Notes under the pieces: generated by a model | What the model was told of the DNA's origin: nothing | Seen by the model: only the letters and a program-made list of their open reading frames with translations | Databases searched by the model: none | Position numbers and translations under genes: made by a program | IMG/VR virus record: IMGVR_UViG_3300045988_144994 | Origin: a virus | Strand: one strand, 5' to 3' | Length of the DNA: 55,971 nt | In this document: in pieces, positions 1-6,274 of the stretch | Numbering within the stretch: position 1 is the stretch's first letter | Layout: each line of letters starts with the position of its first letter

Positions 1-55
1 TAAGTTTTTGAGGGATAGACGTAAGTTTTTGAGGGATAGACGTAAGTTTTTGAGG
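1..55. repeat. 21-bp tandem repeat array (taagtttttgagggatagacg; 2 full + 1 partial unit); left copy of a 55-bp terminal duplication
   Basis: Units at 1-21 and 22-42, partial unit at 43-55. Bases 1-55 are identical to 55917-55971. Confidence 0.95.
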
Positions 56-92
56 ACATAAAAAAATAAAGTTATGAATACAGAGTTTAAAG

Positions 93-118
93 GACCGGGA
101 CTATTCCCCGGTCTTTTT
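93..118. terminator. Hairpin gaccggg-actattc-cccggtc followed by T5; bidirectional terminator candidate
   Basis: 7-bp GC-rich stem 93-99/107-113 with T-run 114-118 and an A-rich 5' flank. The integrase stop codon (101-103) lies in the loop. Confidence 0.5.
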
Positions 119-1351
119 ATATAATACATAGTCTATTACTTTTCTATTTGCTTCGTCTACTTGTGTGTAGTCATATTCACGGTATTTCTCAATAACTTTT
201 TGCGACGACCGCATTTGTGCTTTGTCTATTGTTTCGTCTGGTATTCTAAGTTTACCTGCAATTGTGGCCCACGAATGGCGGGCATAGGCAAAGGTAAAGT
301 ATTGTATTTTATCCTTCGAATCGCGCTTGTTATTTATTTTGTCTATTGATTCTCTGATGCTTTCGTTTACTATGCGTAAAAGCGTTGCACGGTCCGTATA
401 TAACGTTTTTATCAATCTTGTTTTTGATGAATCCGCATATCGATTAATAATCTCTATTATTTCCGGTTGAAGTGTAAGTTTTAGCTTTACTTTATTACCG
501 GCTTTTCTGAATGTCTTTAGTCTTTTTACATCTATTCCCCTCTCAAAATATGGCATATAAAATATATCTTTCATGTTCATACCGCACAGAAAGAACGACA
601 AGAATAGAAAATCTCTCCCTATTCCCGTTGTATCGTAAATCTGTTTCAATACACCTGCTTCAATACACCTTATTTCCGTGTCGTAATCCGAAGGTATTTT
701 GAAATTTCGGAAAGGGTATAAGTCGGCACTTATCAAACCGTCTCCAATTGCAATATTAAAGATTCTCTTTATATTCCGTAGATGCTTATTAAAGGTTACT
801 TCCTTGCCTTTGTACTTTAAGAAATACGCCTTTAACTGGATAAGAGCGTTCCTGTCTATACTTTGGAAATGAATAATTTCAGATTTGAAAAATTCAATCA
901 TAAGGTTTTTTGTTCCTTCAAAGGTAGAAGCATATCCGCTTCTTTTTAATTCTTCGGGTGCTTCTTCATTTTTAAGGTCTTCTATTTGCTTTGAGATAAC
1001 CCCAATGAAATCAGATACAGATTTTAGAGGTTCTTGGGATTTAGAATTGATATTGTCGTAGGTGACAAATAACTGCTTTAAGGTTTTGACGGATGCATTT
1101 TTTACCGAATCACCGAGTTCTTTATAATAAGTCTCATATCTGCTTTTTTGAGCAAATAGATCTGAATTCCATTTTGCTGCTTCTTGGAATTCCTTCTTTA
1201 TTATCCCATTATCAGGGTCAAAAAAAGTGGGTTCAATATAATAGATAGTTGGAATAAAGGTGGGATCTTCCCCTTTTTTCTTAATCTTAATTTTAATATT
1301 CCCTTTCCCTGTTTTCCCTGAAACGTCTCTTAGCACTACACTTAATTCCAT
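101..1351 (-). CDS. int: Tyrosine recombinase / phage integrase
   Basis: 416-aa ORF. The C-terminal region FTFAYARHSWAT...KYREYDY fits the HxxR and catalytic Tyr pattern of tyrosine recombinases. It lies next to a tRNA-fragment attP. Confidence 0.9.
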   Translation of the reverse strand: MELSVVLRDVSGKTGKGNIKIKIKKKGEDPTFIPTIYYIEPTFFDPDNGIIKKEFQEAAKWNSDLFAQKSRYETYYKELGDSVKNASVKTLKQLFVTYDNINSKSQEPLKSVSDFIGVISKQIEDLKNEEAPEELKRSGYASTFEGTKNLMIEFFKSEIIHFQSIDRNALIQLKAYFLKYKGKEVTFNKHLRNIKRIFNIAIGDGLISADLYPFRNFKIPSDYDTEIRCIEAGVLKQIYDTTGIGRDFLFLSFFLCGMNMKDIFYMPYFERGIDVKRLKTFRKAGNKVKLKLTLQPEIIEIINRYADSSKTRLIKTLYTDRATLLRIVNESIRESIDKINNKRDSKDKIQYFTFAYARHSWATIAGKLRIPDETIDKAQMRSSQKVIEKYREYDYTQVDEANRKVIDYVLYKKTGE

Positions 1352-1449
1352 GATGTTTATGATTTTTTAACTATTAAATGGGCTAAAAATAGCCTTTAGA
1401 CCTAATTTTGAACGTCATTTTTTATGAATTGTTTCAAAAACCTTGAAAA

Positions 1450-1471
1450 ATTTCTACTGGATTTCTACTGG
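1450..1471 (+). promoter_or_regulatory. Tandem atttctactgg x2; candidate integrase arm-type binding sites
   Basis: Exact 11-nt tandem duplication about 110 nt from the attP core. Related copies lie on the other side of the core. Confidence 0.35.
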
Positions 1472-1580
1472 AATACCCCTCTTTTGGGCACAAAAGTGTG
1501 CTTTTTGTTACCTAATCAGGTAGAGTAAGAACAACAAAAAAGGTGTTAGAATCTAATCTAACACCTTGATTTTCAAATTG

Positions 1581-1637
1581 TACTCGAGGCGGGAATTGAA
1601 CCCGCACGGCCGCAATGGCCACAGGATTTTAAGTACT
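1581..1637 (-). other. attP core candidate: 3' portion of a tRNA-Leu(UAA) gene (anticodon loop to discriminator) with no 5' half
   Basis: The minus strand reads cttaaaa (anticodon UAA), tcctg, variable arm ggcc-attgc-ggcc, T arm gcggg-ttcaatt-cccgc, acceptor ctcgagt plus a. The 5' anticodon-stem partner, D arm and 5' acceptor are missing. Confidence 0.6.
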
Positions 1638-1695
1638 AATTTGTGCATCTATTCCTCTGATTGAAAATCAAAGTGTTATATTGTTTCTGGTAGAA

Positions 1696-1717
1696 ATTTC
1701 TACTAGTTTCCTACTGG
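1696..1717 (+). promoter_or_regulatory. atttctactag + tttcctactgg; candidate integrase arm-type sites on the other arm
   Basis: Two degenerate copies of the 1450-1471 motif. ttctggtagaaatttctactag is also an imperfect palindrome. Confidence 0.35.
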
Positions 1718-1810
1718 ATCAACATTTCCGTCTAATCCGGTGCCTGATTTTATCGTTATATTCTCTGGTGTTTTTTGATAGTGTTATTATTGTTTCTTCA
1801 TTTGTTGCCA

Positions 1811-2359
1811 TTATCCTACGTTCTTTTTAAGTGCTACAAGTTTATTTTTAATTTCTTCTTTATCTTCCTCTTTTACAATACTCATCACTGCCTCGATCAG
1901 TATTTTCAAATTATTTGTATTGCTTTGATTTTGGTCTTTTAAAATCTCTTTCATGTTTTTGAGGATCGTATCAATAGTTCTATTCAAGTTTTCCATAACA
2001 GTTTTTTCGATTTTTTGGTTAATTAATTCGTCAATGCTGTTATTACGTTCTTCCGAAGTCGATTGTTTCGATAAATTTTCAGAATTTTCAGGAATATTTT
2101 TAAGCATAGAGCCGAAGCCGGTATAAAACCAATGCGTGTTTAAATTATATTTTTTTAGTATTGCTTCAATTACATCACTTTGAATTGTAGGATATTTTCC
2201 GGTTTTTTCACTTACATGAAACAAAGAATTGATTCTTGGCTGACTTAATTCTATATTTTTAGAAAAAGCATAGATACTTCCTGCATTTTCAATTGCAAAT
2301 TGATATAATCTTTTATTTAATGGAGGTAAATTATTTATGTCTATTCCGGCCTTTTTCAT
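1811..2359 (-). CDS. CI-like HTH repressor candidate
   Basis: 182-aa ORF. The N-terminal region ends in ...LNTHWFYTGFGSM, resembling the WLxxGxG end of phage CI-type HTH domains. The C-terminus is coiled-coil. It sits in the lysogeny module next to int. Confidence 0.5.
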   Translation of the reverse strand: MKKAGIDINNLPPLNKRLYQFAIENAGSIYAFSKNIELSQPRINSLFHVSEKTGKYPTIQSDVIEAILKKYNLNTHWFYTGFGSMLKNIPENSENLSKQSTSEERNNSIDELINQKIEKTVMENLNRTIDTILKNMKEILKDQNQSNTNNLKILIEAVMSIVKEEDKEEIKNKLVALKKNVG

Positions 2360-2403
2360 ATAAAAGAATTTTTGTATGTTTGTTCTTGTTTAATTTTTAT
2401 ATC

Positions 2404-2685
2404 ATGAAAAAAATCAAAGAATTCATTCACAATCTTATTTGGAGTATCTATAATTTCAAACTTGTTGTTTCTATTTATCGCATTAAATTTAAGTTTGGTT
2501 CCAATGTAATATATGATTACTTATTATTCATTCATAATAACGGGAAACTGACCAAGGTCATTAAAAAATACATGTTAGATAAATATCCAAATATGACACA
2601 AAAAGATTTAGATGACATTTTTTTATGGTGTATGATGTGTCGATTGACTTATATGTCAGTTCCTGATTCATACCTTAAAAAATAA
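2404..2685 (+). CDS. Hypothetical small protein (93 aa)
   Basis: Internal ATG of track ORF 2293..2685. It fills a 289-nt gap between two minus-strand genes. The region is AT-rich, so the ORF could be spurious. Confidence 0.3.
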   Translation: MKKIKEFIHNLIWSIYNFKLVVSIYRIKFKFGSNVIYDYLLFIHNNGKLTKVIKKYMLDKYPNMTQKDLDDIFLWCMMCRLTYMSVPDSYLKK

Positions 2686-3038
2686 TCTATTAAAAACCTT
2701 GCACCTTCTGTCAAAATGATTGTTATTAATGCTGTTAATAATCTATCTTTCCATTTATTTTTATTGTTTTTGATTTCTTCTTCTTTTTCAGAGATTGGAT
2801 TTTCAAGAAGTGGATTGAAATTCAAATATTCTCTTCCGTAATCAGTGATGTAACACATAAAATAACCCATATCTTCTGTATCTGTCCCGTTCATCAATCC
2901 TTTTCTTACTAAGCTATCCATTGATATATCCCTCTCCTGTTTAGATAGAATTTTTAGGATATATTCTTCAGGATTCTTGCAATTGGAATATGCTAAAAAC
3001 ACCTTTTTCTCATTTTTGCCTAAAAATATTCTTTCCAT
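2649..3038 (-). CDS. Hypothetical protein with a C-terminal hydrophobic helix
   Basis: 129-aa ORF with segment LLTALITIILTEGA near the C-terminus. No recognisable catalytic motif. Confidence 0.5.
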   Translation of the reverse strand: MERIFLGKNEKKVFLAYSNCKNPEEYILKILSKQERDISMDSLVRKGLMNGTDTEDMGYFMCYITDYGREYLNFNPLLENPISEKEEEIKNNKNKWKDRLLTALITIILTEGARFLIDYFLRYESGTDI

Positions 3039-3153
3039 TAATCAACTTATTTACTTCTAAATAATTACATCAAATAGTTATTTAGAATTAGTATAAATAG
3101 TTTCTTTATACAAAAATTCTTATACATTTCGTCCTTATATAAAATAATTCTTG

Positions 3154-3166
3154 TATATTTGTATCG
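3154..3166 (+). promoter_or_regulatory. Bacteroidota-type -7 box TAtaTTTG, extended as tatatttgtatcg; early rightward promoter candidate
   Basis: Matches TAnnTTTG. The same 13-mer core recurs at 55422-55434, and tatctttgtatcg occurs at 54342-54354. It is about 90 nt upstream of the first early ORF. Confidence 0.4.
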
Positions 3167-3174
3167 TCTTCCTA

Positions 3175-3196
3175 TGTAATACAAATGTAATACAAA
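3175..3196 (+). repeat. Perfect tandem duplication tgtaatacaaa x2 (operator-like)
   Basis: Copies at 3175-3185 and 3186-3196. Further ATACAA/TTGTAT half-sites occur at 3106-3117 and 3151-3165. Confidence 0.6.
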
Positions 3197-3255
3197 AGAA
3201 CACACTATAAAATAACAAATATACGTCATTTTTTAAATAAACAAGATAAAAACCT

Positions 3256-3465
3256 ATGAAGTACGCTTTTAAAAAAGGATATGGGCAAGTAAAAGAAAAA
3301 GACACAAAGGAAGTCAAAGCTAAACTTATGCAAGCCTTGGGTATAAAAACTCGTAGTGCGTGGCTTGCAAGATTAAGAGGAGAAGTCGAGCCAAAAATGA
3401 GTGAAGGAAAAAAGATTGAAAAAATTTTTGCTGAATACAAGATTAAAAATGTTTGGGGAGATTAA
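3256..3465 (+). CDS. Hypothetical small basic protein, first early gene
   Basis: 69-aa ORF directly downstream of the promoter/operator region. No motif recognised. Confidence 0.5.
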   Translation: MKYAFKKGYGQVKEKDTKEVKAKLMQALGIKTRSAWLARLRGEVEPKMSEGKKIEKIFAEYKIKNVWGD

Positions 3466-3468
3466 GCT

Positions 3469-3741
3469 ATGAACCTGATACTCCGAAATACCGACCGGAT
3501 CGAAATGTCGATGAGTGAGTTCCTCGATTTCACCAAGAGCGTTGTCAAGGAAGCCGTTGTCGAAACTTACGGGGAATATATGAGCCGGAATGAAGCAATT
3601 AGGCATTTGGGCAGTCGGAAAAAACTGGAGCAAGCGATCAAAATGAATTTGATTAATCCGGACAAGGGGAATGGTAATCAGAAATGGCGGGTAAAAACCC
3701 GTGAAGTCATTGAAGCATATAAAATAATTGATAAACTATGA
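3469..3741 (+). CDS. Hypothetical protein, possible HTH/excisionase-like
   Basis: 90-aa ORF. The segment MSRNEAIRHLGSRKKLEQAI looks HTH-like. The function is inferred from position only. Confidence 0.4.
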   Translation: MNLILRNTDRIEMSMSEFLDFTKSVVKEAVVETYGEYMSRNEAIRHLGSRKKLEQAIKMNLINPDKGNGNQKWRVKTREVIEAYKIIDKL

Positions 3742-3923
3742 GAACTTTTTCAATATTAGCCTTTCTTCTTGCCCTTGGAATATTAGGATGCAGTATTTAC
3801 GGAGGGCAGTACCATAGTCTTCCTTTCGCAATAATGTCCGGTATTTTGGGTTGGGCGATGTGGCCGGAGAAGAAACAGACAGAACCATATCGGAACAATC
3901 GGAGCTGGGATAAAGATACGTAA
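3738..3923 (+). CDS. Small membrane protein
   Basis: 61-aa ORF with two hydrophobic segments. It overlaps the upstream stop by 4 nt. Confidence 0.5.
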   Translation: MRTFSILAFLLALGILGCSIYGGQYHSLPFAIMSGILGWAMWPEKKQTEPYRNNRSWDKDT

Positions 3924-4043
3924 TGGCGGAGGAATTTAGCAAGGTTTGGTCCGGCTTAAACAAAGTAAACCTAACACCGCCCCGGGTGAAAGTAAGGGGG
4001 AACAGGGTGCGGAACCTGTATAAAAATATGTCGTGAGTTCTTT

Positions 4044-4105
4044 GGTCCGGTGACATTCTTTTCTTTACACCACAACATCTCCATTTCACACCGGACCTTT
4101 TTTTT
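4044..4105 (+). terminator. ggtccggtg ... caccggacc stem followed by T8
   Basis: 9-bp GC-rich stem 4044-4052/4089-4097 with a 36-nt loop, then T-run 4098-4105. Confidence 0.45.
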
Positions 4106-4184
4106 AAGTGACATATAAAGTACATTGTAGCCCTAGTCCTGTCGGGAGATAGCACGAAAGGCAAAATTTTAAAAGGGAAAAGTT

Positions 4185-4373
4185 ATGAACGACAATGCAA
4201 ATGTAAATGTAAGTGACAAAAAGGATAAAGAAATTGAAGATCTTAAAAAGCATCTTAGTGCAGCAAATGCATCTTGGACAAAATATTTTAAGGAATGTGA
4301 AACCCTTAAACAGGAACTATTAAGGTACAAAGAGCTGGTAAAAGTACAGAGTGCCATTATAAACAACAATTAA
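4185..4373 (+). CDS. Small coiled-coil protein
   Basis: 62-aa ORF. The motif KECETLKQEL is shared with the 15544 ORF (NECEKLKAQNQEL). Confidence 0.55.
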   Translation: MNDNANVNVSDKKDKEIEDLKKHLSAANASWTKYFKECETLKQELLRYKELVKVQSAIINNN

Positions 4374-4377
4374 CCGT

Positions 4378-4423
4378 CCGGGGCAGTCCGCTGTAACTGT
4401 AGCAATATCTTGGACTACCCCGG
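4378..4423 (+). other. 12-bp hairpin (1 mismatch) immediately 5' of tRNA-Thr
   Basis: ccggggcagtcc (4378-4389) pairs with ggactaccccgg (4412-4423). The loop is 22 nt. Confidence 0.5.
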
Positions 4424-4429
4424 CAACCT

Positions 4430-4502
4430 GCCTACTTAGCTCAGTTGGTAGAGCATCGGTTTTGTACTCCGAAGGTCATCCGTTCGAACCGGATAGTAGG
4501 CT
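4430..4502 (+). tRNA. tRNA-Thr (anticodon UGU)
   Basis: 73 nt. Acceptor gcctact/agtaggc (7/7 pairs), D arm gctc-agttggta-gagc, anticodon arm tcggt-tttgtac-tccga (one U.U pair), V loop aggtc, T arm atccg-ttcgaac-cggat. Confidence 0.85.
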
Positions 4503-4606
4503 CAAAAAGTAATTGATTAATAATAAATTGAAGAAAAATGTTGCGGAATTTAGAAAATATTTGGTCGGAAAGCTTGGTTAATTCAGAGGAATTTGCCATG
4601 TTTGCA

Positions 4607-4793
4607 GTGCCAAATCATATTACCGTTGGTTCTTTGTGTAGTAAAGAATCATTAATTCCGTATAACAGCGGGGTTTCTCTGACATATACAGTTTTACAAC
4701 GGTATAGTGATTTGGCGATCAGGAGAGGCTCCGCTTCTTCTTTTGTAAAGAAAATATTATTAATCAAATTTTTAGTTGTCAAATGCCAAATCA
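4607..4793 (+). promoter_or_regulatory. Leader element E0: start-mimic / anti-start / start triad
   Basis: gccaaatca (4609-4617) pairs with tgatttggc (4708-4716), and accgttg (4622-4628) pairs with caacggt (4697-4703). The sequence tgccaaatca recurs at the start codon (ATG 4783, copy 4784-4793). Confidence 0.5.
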
Positions 4794-5073
4794 CGCTAAA
4801 AAATTTGAAGCAGAAACCACAGGTGTATCTACTTCACAGCCTAAAAAGACAGTATCTAAACTGGAAAAAGAAATCATCTCTATCCAGAAGAAAGTATCCA
4901 AGCTACAAGAGGAATGCAGACACGAACGAAATGAAAAGTATCGCCTGCTGTGCTACATTAACAGGTATTGTTCAGCACTGTTCCCTTACTTCGACAGAAG
5001 TAACCCGGTTGATTCCAAAAACTGGGAAAAGGTACACCGCCTCCAGCTGGATCTGGATAAGGAAATAAAGTAA
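4783..5073 (+). CDS. Small coiled-coil protein
   Basis: 96-aa ORF. It is preferred over the overlapping 4538..5068 ORF, whose product looks non-protein-like. It resembles the 13705 ORF in layout (MP.. N-terminus, coiled coil, Cys/Tyr-rich tail). Confidence 0.6.
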   Translation: MPNHAKKFEAETTGVSTSQPKKTVSKLEKEIISIQKKVSKLQEECRHERNEKYRLLCYINRYCSALFPYFDRSNPVDSKNWEKVHRLQLDLDKEIK

Positions 5074-5164
5074 GGCCGTCCCAGTCGCCAAACTAACGGC
5101 CTTACAAAAAACTCTAAGCTCTTTGACATGTTGACAGACAATAAAAAACACGCAGTTTGTCGCT

Positions 5165-5287
5165 GCGGGCTGGTGAACTACCGGGCAATACTCCGGTAGT
5201 GGCGGAAGTCGCGTGTCAAAGGCGCATTAAGCCAGCAACGGGTTGTACTGGAGTACTCAGAAAGAGGTTCGATTCCTCTTGCCCGCC
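5165..5287 (+). ncRNA. tRNA-like element A (about 123 nt)
   Basis: T arm agagg-ttcgatt-cctct is followed by tgcccgc and c. A 5' partner gcgggct (6/7 pairs) lies at 5165-5171. There is a candidate 7-nt loop gtcaaag (CAA) and an 8-bp hairpin at 5177-5200 where a D arm would be. Confidence 0.3.
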
Positions 5288-5312
5288 AAATTTCAAACAA
5301 CAAAACAAAAGT

Positions 5313-6272
5313 ATGGAAAATAATTCAGAAACAAAAAAGCTGACGATCACGGAGCTTAAATCCATGTCTCCGTTTCAGGTTTTAGAGGATACGAGAGTAA
5401 GAGAGCGATTCGTTACACTCTACAATAACATCCACAATTCTGAGCAGGGCGAATTATTCTTTGAAAAAGAAAAATACAACCTACAGAGAATCATACAAGC
5501 CTCCCCCAACCTAGCAAAATGTACCGGTTTCTCCACATATGGAGTACTCCTTGACATCGCAAGCATGGGACTTACCCTTGAAAACGCATCCCGGCCCCTT
5601 ATTTACATCATCCCCGGTTCCGTGAATGTAGGAACAAAAGAAAAACAAACATGGGAACAACGGATGTCCATTGAAATTTCTCCATATGGAGAGCTCGATT
5701 TAAGAATTCAAGCCGGGCAGCTATTATATGCCGACCGTCCTGTAATCGTATTCGAGGGGGATGAATTTAAGCCAAAGGTAACCGAAACCGGACAGAAAGT
5801 GGTAGTCTATTCGGCAGCCATTCCACGGCAAAGCAAAACAATTATCGGAGCTTTTATCAAGCTGACCCGCCCCGATCGTTCCTTTGACTTCTTTTGGATG
5901 CTTCCAGAAGACATCGACCGTCTGAAAGGATATTCCTTAAAGAAAAATCAACGGAAAGACAAAGACGGGAATGTATATGGAGACGCCAATGCCCTCTACC
6001 ATTCAAACGAAGGTCAAATCGACACCGGATTCCTTGAAGCAAAAGTAATCAAGCACGCTTTCAAGACATTTCCGAAATTAAGGTTAGGACAATTCTCCGC
6101 TTTACAGCAATACGAACAAGTCCAGGCCTCCGACTATGGGTTGGATGAGCCAGTATACAACCAAGTCCCGCAAAAAGAAACCGAAGAAGAAGCCGAAGAG
6201 ACAGATGTACAGGAAATCGCCAAGCAACAGGGCGGTGTAAACATAGTAGAAAACCCAGAAGAACCCTTTTAA
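5313..6272 (+). CDS. recT: RecT-family single-strand annealing protein
   Basis: Start moved to the internal ATG (MENNSETKKL), because the upstream part of track ORF 5157..6272 covers the tRNA-like element. The region GFSTYGVLLDIASMGLTLENASRPLIYIIPG is RecT-like. Confidence 0.7.
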   Translation: MENNSETKKLTITELKSMSPFQVLEDTRVRERFVTLYNNIHNSEQGELFFEKEKYNLQRIIQASPNLAKCTGFSTYGVLLDIASMGLTLENASRPLIYIIPGSVNVGTKEKQTWEQRMSIEISPYGELDLRIQAGQLLYADRPVIVFEGDEFKPKVTETGQKVVVYSAAIPRQSKTIIGAFIKLTRPDRSFDFFWMLPEDIDRLKGYSLKKNQRKDKDGNVYGDANALYHSNEGQIDTGFLEAKVIKHAFKTFPKLRLGQFSALQQYEQVQASDYGLDEPVYNQVPQKETEEEAEETDVQEIAKQQGGVNIVENPEEPF

Positions 6273-6274
6273 TC

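Noticed and set aside
1-55. The terminal 21-bp repeats as a CRISPR array
   Set aside because: The units are directly abutting with no spacers. There are only 2.6 copies and no cas genes. This is a simple tandem repeat.
3736-4164. The 142-aa minus-strand ORF
   Set aside because: It is antisense to the 3738-3923 ORF and to a terminator-containing structured region, it lies in a plus-strand operon, and its composition is implausible.
4538-5068. The 176-aa ORF overlapping the 4783 gene
   Set aside because: It runs through the structured leader E0 and then out of frame across a better ORF. The second half of its product is basic and low-complexity, and looks like a read-through artefact.
5157-5312. 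The N-terminal extension of the recT ORF (start at 5157)
   Set aside because: The extension translates the tRNA-like element (T arm and acceptor sequence) into an Arg/Cys/Pro-rich peptide. RecT-like sequence begins at the internal ATG 5313.
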